Position numbers and translations under genes: made by a program
Shown here: positions 20,634 through 28,616 of the stretch, piece by piece
How positions within the stretch are numbered: position 1 is the first letter of the stretch
Layout: each line of letters opens with the position of its first letter
IMG/VR virus record: IMGVR_UViG_3300022824_000016
Coordinates: 14,588 to 78,587 of that record
Source: a virus
Lineage: Duplodnaviria > Caudoviricetes
Length of the DNA: 64,000 bases
Direction: 5' to 3' (one strand)
The notes under the pieces: generated by a model
What the model was told of the DNA's origin: nothing
Databases searched by the model: none
What the model saw: only the letters and a program-made list of their open reading frames with translations

Positions 20634-21113
20634 ATGGCCCACATCTACAACTTTGCCGAATTCCAGGTTGATCGTAAGTCGGATACTCATGGCTGGACTA
20701 TTTCCATGGGTGGCATGGGCGGCAAATCGGATTGCCCGCATCTCCGTCTGCTTTTTGATGAAAACGGTCATACGGTTGAGTGCAAAGACTGTGGCAAAGA
20801 GGTCAGCGCATGGTGGGCATTTATGTCGATTATGGAACGTTTCCAGCACGAATGGGACAAGCTGAAATCCGCACAGGCCATTCTGGAAAAGGCCGAAGCG
20901 CGTGTACTGACTCACAAAGCAGCAATCATTGTGGAAGATGCCTGGCGGCGCCACAAATACGTTCCCACTTGCCCGCACTGCAACAAACCCATTTTTCCAA
21001 TCGATAAATTTGGTCTTAGCTGTATCAGCCGTGAGTACGCGGAAGCCAATGCAAAACCAATGAAATTGAAAGCTAATTTGGAATTAGTACAGACTGCAGA
21101 ACCGGATAAATAA
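20634..21113 (+). CDS. Zinc-ribbon-containing hypothetical protein
   Basis: CKDC and CPHC pairs. Confidence 0.55.
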   Translation: MAHIYNFAEFQVDRKSDTHGWTISMGGMGGKSDCPHLRLLFDENGHTVECKDCGKEVSAWWAFMSIMERFQHEWDKLKSAQAILEKAEARVLTHKAAIIVEDAWRRHKYVPTCPHCNKPIFPIDKFGLSCISREYAEANAKPMKLKANLELVQTAEPDK

Positions 21114-21121
21114 ACCGCATC

Positions 21122-21466
21122 TCAAATACGATGTACGTAGACTCTGATTCCTTTTTTGGTAGCGTAGTCGATCATGTGCTTTGTACCATGGCTTTTGCCG
21201 TCCCACAACGCAATCAATGCTTCAGCATAATCTCCCATCTGTTTATTGCGAACGAATGCCGCATGCGGCCGACCGTATCTTTTCCTGTCGGGAGGAAAGA
21301 GTTTGATGGGGATATTGTTGATTTCTGCCCATTGCTCTCCTAGTGTGTCTACACCTGCCGCATGTCCGGAGACGACTTCGGTGATCTCAAATTCCGATTC
21401 GTGAATCGCGACATCAAGTGCGTCCATGTCGGTAATCGATCGGCTACCAGCGAGAATAACTTTCAT
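21122..21466 (-). CDS. SLOG-family (DUF2493/YspA-like) protein
   Basis: MKVILAGSR, VSGHAAGVDTLGE, RNKQM and WDGKSHGT motifs. Confidence 0.85.
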   Translation of the reverse strand: MKVILAGSRSITDMDALDVAIHESEFEITEVVSGHAAGVDTLGEQWAEINNIPIKLFPPDRKRYGRPHAAFVRNKQMGDYAEALIALWDGKSHGTKHMIDYATKKGIRVYVHRI

Positions 21467-21564
21467 TTTACGTCCTCATGGGAACAGTCCAGAATCCGGA
21501 CTTTTTCAATTATAATTGCGGGCGTGAAAAAAACAGTGTATATTCCCTCTGCTGGAGGAAATCC

Positions 21565-22326
21565 ATGGCAAAGCTGCATGAACTGTTGGCCGTGCTGAGC
21601 AACCTGAGCGGCCAGGCTACCAAAAAGCGCACAGACCTGAAGACGACTTTTGACAAAAAGCGGCATCTCTTTGAGGAAACGCGCAAGACATTTACGTCCA
21701 ATGATGAGCAGGAAAAACCACAGGTTGAAGAGCAGAAGGATATTCAGTCGACTGTGATCGGTGAAATCTCCTGGATCAGACCCGCTCTGGCAAAGGCGCT
21801 GGATGTGGCTTACCAGATAGACGTTGCCAATACTGAGGCCAAAGCTGATGTGGTAACGGAAGATGGCGATATTTTGCTGAAAGAAGTACCAGCAACCACA
21901 TTGCTGCAGCTGGAAAAGCGCGTGGCTGAATGGAAGGATTTGATTCAGGCCATTCCTACCCTTGATCCAGCGAAGGGCTTTCAGCCGGATGAAGCGCGAG
22001 GAAAAGGCTATTACAAAGCACGCGATGTGACGAAGCCACGCACAAAGAAGGTACCAGACGTGATTACGCTGGCACCGGCTACCAAAGAGCATCCGGCTCA
22101 GACTCAGTTGATTTCGGTGGATAAGCCAGTTGGCACGATTTTGGAGCAGGAATGGAGTTCTCTGATTACGCCTGCAATCAAATCAGATCTACTGGATCGC
22201 GTGGAAACATTGCTGCGCGCTGTGTCCAAGGCTCGTTCCAAGGCCAATGACCATGCGGTTGACACGCACGACAAAAAGATTGGGGCGGAGTTGCTGGACT
22301 TTGTTTTTCAGCCGCTCGGTTCCTAA
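21565..22326 (+). CDS. Conserved coiled-coil phage protein directly upstream of the ncRNA cluster
   Basis: ATG at 21565 with GGAGGA RBS; upstream TATAAT adjacent to a palindrome copy at 21486. Confidence 0.75.
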   Translation: MAKLHELLAVLSNLSGQATKKRTDLKTTFDKKRHLFEETRKTFTSNDEQEKPQVEEQKDIQSTVIGEISWIRPALAKALDVAYQIDVANTEAKADVVTEDGDILLKEVPATTLLQLEKRVAEWKDLIQAIPTLDPAKGFQPDEARGKGYYKARDVTKPRTKKVPDVITLAPATKEHPAQTQLISVDKPVGTILEQEWSSLITPAIKSDLLDRVETLLRAVSKARSKANDHAVDTHDKKIGAELLDFVFQPLGS

Positions 22327-22329
22327 AAG

Positions 22330-22426
22330 TTTGGGTGGGGCCGAAAGGTCCGATCCAGGCTCAGACTCAGACTTGTACGCAGACTCAACTCCGGCATCTG
22401 AAAGCCGGATCAGACTTTCACCCAAA
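22330..22426 (+). ncRNA. Candidate Y-RNA-like ncRNA
   Basis: Ends pair (TTTGGGTG/CACCCAAA); GCCGAAAG and GGTCCGA on the 5' strand; four CAGACT; internal TCCGGC/GCCGGA hairpin. Confidence 0.5.
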
Positions 22427-22592
22427 GGTTTATCGCAGTAAACGATAGCGAACCGGGCGAAACTTACGAACGGAAGGCGCGGGTTCGAATCCCGCAGGGC
22501 GCCCCAAAAAAATATGCGCCCTTGGCTCAGGGGTAGAGCGTCTGCATCAGATTAAAAGTTTCGGGCTGGTAAGCAAGGCGTGCTGCACAACC
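22427..22592 (+). ncRNA. Circularly permuted tRNA mimic (YrlA-like)
   Basis: T arm (22479-95), then acceptor strands AGGGCGC/GCGCCCT joined by a loop, then D arm (22525-39); closed by CGAAACTT/AAGTTTCG. Confidence 0.7.
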
Positions 22593-22665
22593 AATCGACT
22601 AGCTCAGTTGGTAGAGCGTCTGACTTGTAATCAGAATGTCGCCGGTTCAAATCCGGTGTCGATAT
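22593..22665 (+). tRNA. tRNA-Thr(UGU)-like, 1-72 mismatch, no encoded CCA
   Basis: Cloverleaf with anticodon arm TCTGA CTTGTAA TCAGA. Confidence 0.7.
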
Positions 22666-22670
22666 TCGTA

Positions 22671-22707
22671 GGGCCGTCCGCGCGGAAGCGGGCGGCCCAT
22701 TAATTTT
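22671..22707 (+). terminator. GC-rich hairpin terminator after the ncRNA cluster
   Basis: GGGCCGTCCG/CGGGCGGCCC stem followed by an AT/T run. Confidence 0.6.
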
Positions 22708-22788
22708 GGATCATGTTTTTGCATTGAAAATGCCTGCACCTGTGCGGCAGCGCTATAATTACGCACGTGACAAACACAGAGGCATGAC

Positions 22789-22881
22789 ATGTCAGGTGTA
22801 AACGTAAAAGACGTTACCGGATTTTTTATGCTTCTGCTGTTTTTTGTTTTGGCGATGCTTTCCAGGAATAAGCGAAATTAA
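22789..22881 (+). CDS. 30-aa hydrophobic peptide MSGVNVKDVTGFFMLLLFFVLAMLSRNKRN
   Basis: AGAGG RBS 6 nt upstream; one TM segment and a basic tail; below the ORF-track cutoff. Confidence 0.45.
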   Translation: MSGVNVKDVTGFFMLLLFFVLAMLSRNKRN

Positions 22882-22985
22882 GCCGTTCCAGAAAAGTGGA
22901 CAGCTTTTCAATTGTGGCATTTAGATGTGTTATTTTAATTGCGCGCATCGCATAAAATCAATAAACTGTTTGCGAGGAGTTTGCG

Positions 22986-25247
22986 ATGATTCAACACTTA
23001 ACCTACGATGACACCTATGTTTATGTGCATGCCGCTGATACGTCGCTGAAAACCACCAAAGCCTTTACGCATGGCACGATTGTTTTTGATATAACATCGC
23101 GCACGGTGGTTTTTGGAAATCTGGACGCCGTGGAGATTCCAAAAGGTCTCATTCTTGAAGCAGGCAAAACGCTCACCTTTCAACTGGTGGGGTCCAACGG
23201 CAAATTGCGCCCGCAGACTCGCTCCGGCGCATTGCTGGGGAATGAGAAACATCCGGAGCTGCTGCGTGTGTCTGGCATGGCAAAGACACCACGCCGATTT
23301 GCCGCTGAAGACGGTTGGGGAAATGCAATCTATAAATTCCGCGCCTACTTTACACATCCCGGAATTGACATGACCTCCGACGGACAGTTCAAAAAATTTG
23401 AAGATCTTCCTGAGTGGCTCAGAGGCTGTATTGAAAGACAAAAAGCGTTATGGAACCGGCTGGCGTGGCTTTGCCGCGATGCGCGGAGAAAATGCTCTCC
23501 GGTTTTGCCTGAGCAGATCGCAGAGTTTGTGGCGAATACAATCCTGCCAGAGATCGATGCTTTCAATCTAACGCGGAGCAGAGACAAAACCAAAGAAAAA
23601 ATGCGGCACCCAGCTAAACTCAAAATAGCAGCACCCGGCGTGGACGGGTTGTGGAGTTTTGTTGGCGAACTGCGCGGGCGGATCGAAAAAAAACTCCCGG
23701 TACCAGATGGGCTGCTCGAAAAGGTGGTGGAATATGCCGAACAGTTTAAACCAGACTATACGCCACTGAATGAGTTTATGCGCGACTTTACAGAGATTGC
23801 TGAAAAAGAGGCTGTGGCATTGGGACTGAAACGCTTTGAGATCCGGCCTACTGTGAGCGCCTTCAAAGCAGTTCTGGACCGACGTAAAACTACCGCAGCT
23901 TCCTGGTCAGAAGGCTGGCCATTGATCAAATATCCTGACGGCCCCAAAGCTGGCAATTGGGGGATACATTATTACTTCAACAAGGCGGGTGTAGGTTCAG
24001 AACTTTTTGAAAACGGCCAAAATATACCGGGCATATGTGCAGGTCCGGCTTTTCAGCCTGCGCAGGGGGGCAGAGGAAAAGACACCATCTCTTTCTTCCA
24101 GCCTTTCGGCAAAATATCTGTTGTTGGCACAGTGACAAAACGAGCCCTACGTCCAGTAGTGATTTCGATTCCTGCAGAGAAAGGAGAGCGATGGGATTTT
24201 CATTTTTCGATCATGGAACACCGCGCTTTGCCGCTTAACTCTCACATCAAGGAATGGAAACTGATCTATCAGGATGGCAAACTTTGGCTGTGTCTGGTAG
24301 TTGAATTGCAGCGTCCAATTCCCAAAAAGGACTCACTTGCGGCGGGTTTGGAAATTGGCTGGCGGAGAACGGAAGAAGGTATCCGTTTTGCCACGCTTTA
24401 CGAACCGACAACGAAAAGCATCTGTGAAGCAACAATCAACTTTCAGCGATCTCCCAAAGATCACAAAGATCGTGTCCCGTTTCGCATTGACTTGGGTCCC
24501 ACACGATGGGAGAAACGTCATATCACTGAATTGCTTCCAGATTGGAAACCGAAAGATGCAATTCCCAATGTGATTGAAATACGAATGGTTTTAGCCGCAC
24601 GCTGTGATTATCTGAAAGATACAGCCAAAATTCGGCTGCGCAAGCATCTGGGCGAAAATACGCCGCCATGGCTGGAGAAAGCCGGAAGCAACGGTTTGCA
24701 CAGGCTGGCGCAGGAATTTATGGAAGACACTACCGTTCAAACCATTGTGAACGAATGGGAGGCAAATAATCGGCGAATTGCAAAATTGTCTGCTTTTTAT
24801 TTTGCTCAAACAACCGAGCGTTTGGAATACGCTCAACTGCAGGTAGCACACGATATTTGCAAGCATCTGCAAGCGAAAGGCATGGGACGGTTGATTTTGG
24901 AAGAAAATTTTCTGTCCAAAATTGCGCAACGGCACGACAATGAAGATCCCGAAAGTCTGAAGCGGTCGCAAAAGTATCGGCAGTTTGCAGCTCCAGGTAA
25001 ATTTGTTTCTGCAGTAAAGATGATCGCAATGAAGTATGGAATCGCAATAGAGAGTCGCGAGAACATTAACCTCACACGTATATGTCATTACTGCGATCAT
25101 CTGAATCCGTCCACCGAAGCAGAAACACTTATCTGTGAAGGGTGCGGACGGGAGATCAAGCAGGACCACAACACGGCCATTAATCTCGTGCGCTTTGAAG
25201 ATCTTGAACTGGCGGAAAAAGCACTGCACGCCGGAAGCAAAAAATAG
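22986..25247 (+). CDS. cas12m: Type V CRISPR effector, Cas12m (V-M/V-U1)-like, with an N-terminal extension
   Basis: HRALP; RuvC-I GLEIGWRRTEEG (E456); RuvC-II RLILEE (E639); AAPG; CxxC...CxxC zinc ribbon (700-720); RuvC-III QDHNTAINL (D727); abuts cas4. Confidence 0.8.
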   Translation: MIQHLTYDDTYVYVHAADTSLKTTKAFTHGTIVFDITSRTVVFGNLDAVEIPKGLILEAGKTLTFQLVGSNGKLRPQTRSGALLGNEKHPELLRVSGMAKTPRRFAAEDGWGNAIYKFRAYFTHPGIDMTSDGQFKKFEDLPEWLRGCIERQKALWNRLAWLCRDARRKCSPVLPEQIAEFVANTILPEIDAFNLTRSRDKTKEKMRHPAKLKIAAPGVDGLWSFVGELRGRIEKKLPVPDGLLEKVVEYAEQFKPDYTPLNEFMRDFTEIAEKEAVALGLKRFEIRPTVSAFKAVLDRRKTTAASWSEGWPLIKYPDGPKAGNWGIHYYFNKAGVGSELFENGQNIPGICAGPAFQPAQGGRGKDTISFFQPFGKISVVGTVTKRALRPVVISIPAEKGERWDFHFSIMEHRALPLNSHIKEWKLIYQDGKLWLCLVVELQRPIPKKDSLAAGLEIGWRRTEEGIRFATLYEPTTKSICEATINFQRSPKDHKDRVPFRIDLGPTRWEKRHITELLPDWKPKDAIPNVIEIRMVLAARCDYLKDTAKIRLRKHLGENTPPWLEKAGSNGLHRLAQEFMEDTTVQTIVNEWEANNRRIAKLSAFYFAQTTERLEYAQLQVAHDICKHLQAKGMGRLILEENFLSKIAQRHDNEDPESLKRSQKYRQFAAPGKFVSAVKMIAMKYGIAIESRENINLTRICHYCDHLNPSTEAETLICEGCGREIKQDHNTAINLVRFEDLELAEKALHAGSKK

Positions 25248-25883
25248 ATGGAGGACGATGATTTCATTTTGATCTCTGCGCTACAGCACTATAGCTATTG
25301 CCAGCGTCAGTGTGCATTGATTCACGCAGAACAGAGTTTTGCGGATAACGTGCACACGGCGCGAGGCAACGCGGATCATAGATTCGTCGATCTGGAAGGT
25401 TATGAATCACATGCAGATGTGCATATCGAACGAGCACTTCCTCTGGTTTGTGAGAAGATCGGTTTGCGTGGAAAAGCCGATATTGTCGAATTTTTCTCTG
25501 ACGGTTCAGCCTATCCCGTCGAGTACAAACATGGTGTGCGTCGCCCGCAGAATCATGACGACATACAACTGGTTGCCCAAGCTCTCTGCCTTGAAGAGAT
25601 GACTGGCCATGTTGTACCGTTTGGTGCAATTTATCACATCGGTAGCCGTCGAAGACGCGAAGTAAAGATCACAGATGAATTACGCCAACAGGTGGTTGAC
25701 ATAACTCAGACAATTCGGGAAATGCTGCAATCAGAAAAGATGCCACCTGCCCCCAACGATGCTCGTTGTACTGAATGCTCACTGATTGAAATCTGTCAAC
25801 CGCAAATGCTTGCAGAACAAGTGAAACGGCAGACTTTGCGCAAAAATTTGTTCAGCGTGGAGGATGATTGCAGATCCTGTTAA
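25248..25883 (+). CDS. cas4: CRISPR-associated exonuclease Cas4 (I-C-like)
   Basis: ISALQHYSYCQRQ, GKADIVE, PVEYKHG, QLVAQALCLEEM and C-terminal CxxCxxxxxC. Confidence 0.95.
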   Translation: MEDDDFILISALQHYSYCQRQCALIHAEQSFADNVHTARGNADHRFVDLEGYESHADVHIERALPLVCEKIGLRGKADIVEFFSDGSAYPVEYKHGVRRPQNHDDIQLVAQALCLEEMTGHVVPFGAIYHIGSRRRREVKITDELRQQVVDITQTIREMLQSEKMPPAPNDARCTECSLIEICQPQMLAEQVKRQTLRKNLFSVEDDCRSC

Positions 25884-26899
25884 ATACTCTTTATCTAACT
25901 CTGCCCGGCTATCTGCATTTAGATAACGATACCTTGCGTTTTGATGTGGAGCGAATTACCCGTTTGCGAGTGCCACTACATCACATTGGAGGCGTTGTCT
26001 GCTTTGGCGACGTGCTGGTTTCGCCTGCGGTAATGGGACGGTTAGCCGGAGAAGGAAAGTCGTTGGTATTTCTTGATCGGAATGGACGCTTTAAGGCTCG
26101 TCTTGAAGGACCAGTCAACGGCAATATTTTGCTACGTAAAGCACAGTTTGCGCATGCTGATTCGCCAATGTTTGTCTTGGCACATGCCAAAGCCTGCATA
26201 GCGGGTAAACTGAAAAACAGCCGTTGCGTGCTCTTGCGTAGTGCACGCGATGCTGGCGAAGAAAGCGATGCCGAACGACTGCGTGAAGTTACGAAATCCA
26301 TTGCTGTCAATTTGCGCTCTCTGGAGTCGGCACCAACGCTCGATGTTGTACGCGGTCTAGAGGGTGAGTCGGCTCGCTGTTATTTTGCGGTGTTTTCTTG
26401 TTTAATTCACAGGGAGCAACGTGCAGCGTTTACGTTGGATGGCCGGAGTCGCCGTCCACCACGGGATCGGATGAACGCATTGCTTTCCTTTCTCTACAGC
26501 ATGGTGATGAACGATTGCCGCAGTGCGCTCGAATCTGTTGGACTTGATCCGCAACTTGGTTATCTTCATACTGTGCGTCCTGGACGTGCATCATTGGCTC
26601 TTGATCTGATGGAAGAGTTTCGTTCCGTTATCGCAGATCGGCTAGCGGTTACTTTGGTCAATCGTAAACAAATCCAAGCAAATGATTTTGAAGAACGACC
26701 AGGTGGCATGGTGCAGTTACGGGATGCTGCACGCAAGACGCTGGTTCTTGCTTTTCAGGAACGCAAGCGAGATCTTACTTCCCATCCATTGCTTGATCAA
26801 AAGTTAACCATAGGATTACTACCTCAGATTCAAGCGCGACTATTGGCCCGTGTTATTCGTGGTGAAGTCGAGGACTATCTTCCTTATTTGGAGGGTTAG
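25868..26899 (+). CDS. cas1: CRISPR-associated integrase Cas1 (I-C-like)
   Basis: [43 protein letters not shown] and [10 protein letters not shown] motifs. Confidence 0.97.
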   Translation: MQILLNTLYLTLPGYLHLDNDTLRFDVERITRLRVPLHHIGGVVCFGDVLVSPAVMGRLAGEGKSLVFLDRNGRFKARLEGPVNGNILLRKAQFAHADSPMFVLAHAKACIAGKLKNSRCVLLRSARDAGEESDAERLREVTKSIAVNLRSLESAPTLDVVRGLEGESARCYFAVFSCLIHREQRAAFTLDGRSRRPPRDRMNALLSFLYSMVMNDCRSALESVGLDPQLGYLHTVRPGRASLALDLMEEFRSVIADRLAVTLVNRKQIQANDFEERPGGMVQLRDAARKTLVLAFQERKRDLTSHPLLDQKLTIGLLPQIQARLLARVIRGEVEDYLPYLEG

Positions 26900-26901
26900 C
26901 T

Positions 26902-27192
26902 GTGCTTATTTTGGTGTGTTATGACGTAGCGACGGATACCCCACAAGGTCGAAGACGCTTGCACCGAGTGGCTAAAACTTGTGAGGCTGTTGGCCAGCGA
27001 GTACAGCGGTCAGTTTTTGAATGCCATGTAAACCAAATAGAATATGAGAAATTGGAACGGAAGCTGCTGGATGAAATTGATCCTTTGGAAGATTGCTTGC
27101 GCTTTTATCGGTTGACCGAACCGTTCAACCAACATTTGAAGGAATACGGTAAATTCAAGGCATTCGATTTTGATGGACCATTGATTGTGTGA
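26902..27192 (+). CDS. cas2: CRISPR-associated Cas2 (I-C-like)
   Basis: LILVCYDV...[10 protein letters not shown]...[11 protein letters not shown]...D.LRFY. Confidence 0.97.
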   Translation: MLILVCYDVATDTPQGRRRLHRVAKTCEAVGQRVQRSVFECHVNQIEYEKLERKLLDEIDPLEDCLRFYRLTEPFNQHLKEYGKFKAFDFDGPLIV

Positions 27193-27377
27193 ACCTGTTT
27201 CCACGAACCAGAAGTGACAGACAAAAGGCGGGAGGTTCGCGGAACGCGGAAGTTTCCTGTTTTCAAGGAGATAAGTATGACATACCAATTTTGTGATTAT
27301 GGAAAAGATGTGGAAAAGACGAGGTTCGCGATTTCCACAGGACAAACCATTGATGCTATTATGTTTTTAGTGCCGAA
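27193..27377 (+). promoter_or_regulatory. CRISPR leader
   Basis: Non-coding gap between cas2 and repeat 1; GAGGTTCGCG twice (27232, 27321), a pattern I associate with I-C leaders. Confidence 0.7.
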
Positions 27378-28131
27378 GGCACAATGAACATAAAGTGCAT
27401 CGCACAGATGCAACATGCCCTGATTCAGCACTTCAACGCCCACAACCTATCGGCACAATGAACATAAAGTGCATCGCACAGATGCAACAGAGAAAGCTAC
27501 AGTTCGATCAACGATGCTAGATCGGCACAATGAACATAAAGTGCATCGCACAGATGCAACTGTGAGGCTCGCTGGCTCACGGCCCTTCGTGATAGGCACA
27601 ATGAACATAAAGTGCATCGCACAGATGCAACTCAGCAGCGTGCGTCTGGAGCGGCAACAATACCGGGGCACAATGAACATAAAGTGCATCGCACAGATGC
27701 AACTTATCCGCTGCTGTGCCAACAATACTACCCGACTGGGCACAATGAACATAAAGTGCATCGCACAGATGCAACGTAATCTGTCTGCTCCTGAACAGCA
27801 CTATTTCGCGGCACAATGAACATAAAGTGCATCGCACAGATGCAACCAGAACTACTGGTGAGTTCACTGCCCATTGATCTTGGCACAATGAACATAAAGT
27901 GCATCGCACAGATGCAACCAGAACTACTGGTGAGTTCACTGCCCATTGATCTTGGCACAATGAACATAAAGTGCATCGCACAGATGCAACTGATAGCGTG
28001 CGCCGCCCTGCATCGCAGGTCCGCGGCACAATGAACATAAAGTGCATCGCACAGATGCAACTGAATACCATTCCAACGTTGTTGCGTGATCCAAGGCACA
28101 ATGAACATAAAGTGCATCGCACAGATGCAAC
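27378..28131 (+). CRISPR. Main CRISPR array: 11 identical 37-nt repeats, 10 spacers of 33-37 nt
   Basis: Repeat GGCACAATGAACATAAAGTGCATCGCACAGATGCAAC; TGCATC/GATGCA hairpin at the 3' end; spacers 7 and 8 identical. Confidence 0.99.
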
Positions 28132-28310
28132 CCTCTGAAAAACACGGTTCCGTTGTTTGATGGGAATTTATAGAATTACCAATATATTTTCTTACAGAAA
28201 GTTCAATAGAGAATTTTGAATTCATCAAATAAAAAAGATTTTCTCTGAATTTTTGAACATTAAAAAATCTACGTGAAAAAAATGCCATCGTGATCGCATC
28301 CATTGTCTAC

Positions 28311-28505
28311 TTATGCCACCTTCTTTGGACGACCCCCGTGATATTCCGAACGCGGATGGCTTTTTGCGGCCAATTTTGAGAAATAATCCGTGCCTTTTTG
28401 GCGCACCAGCTTTTCCCCGGCAATTCTCGCAATTTTCGAGTAAAAAAGCGGATCAGCTTTGGTAAGCTTTTTCTTTTTTTCAATTGGATTTGTCTTTTTC
28501 TTCAT
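28311..28505 (-). CDS. Small basic KGG/GsiB-like protein
   Basis: FYSKIARIAGEKLVRQKGTDYFSKLAAK resembles KGG repeats. Confidence 0.5.
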   Translation of the reverse strand: MKKKTNPIEKKKKLTKADPLFYSKIARIAGEKLVRQKGTDYFSKLAAKSHPRSEYHGGRPKKVA

Positions 28506-28616
28506 GCGCGCAGCATAAGACAAATTCAGTTTGGCGTCTACACCAATTTTTACCGTAGACAAAAATTAAAAATCAGAATATTCGTGAAAATACCGAGGAC
28601 CGCAAAGGAGGCGGTC

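Noticed and set aside
22471-22544. Two-piece (permuted) tmRNA
   Set aside because: Has a full D arm, lacks G3:U70 and has no tag reading frame; fits a YrlA-like mimic better
22735-22746. Anti-repeat/tracrRNA (TGCACCTGTGCG resembles part of the repeat)
   Set aside because: Only 11 of 12 nt, no extension; I found no convincing tracrRNA by eye
22986-25247. IS200/IS605 TnpB transposon protein
   Set aside because: 753 aa, no TnpA or IS-end hairpins seen, directly coupled to cas4-cas1-cas2 and an array, and carries Cas12m-type motifs
25248-27192. Type I-C CRISPR system
   Set aside because: Only the adaptation genes are I-C-like; no cas3, cas5, cas7 or cas8 in the window and the repeat is 37 nt with a 3' hairpin
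27447-28303. Long ORFs over the main array (and similar ones at 50.2-50.8 kb and 63.7-64.0 kb)
   Set aside because: Artefacts of stop-free repeat translation
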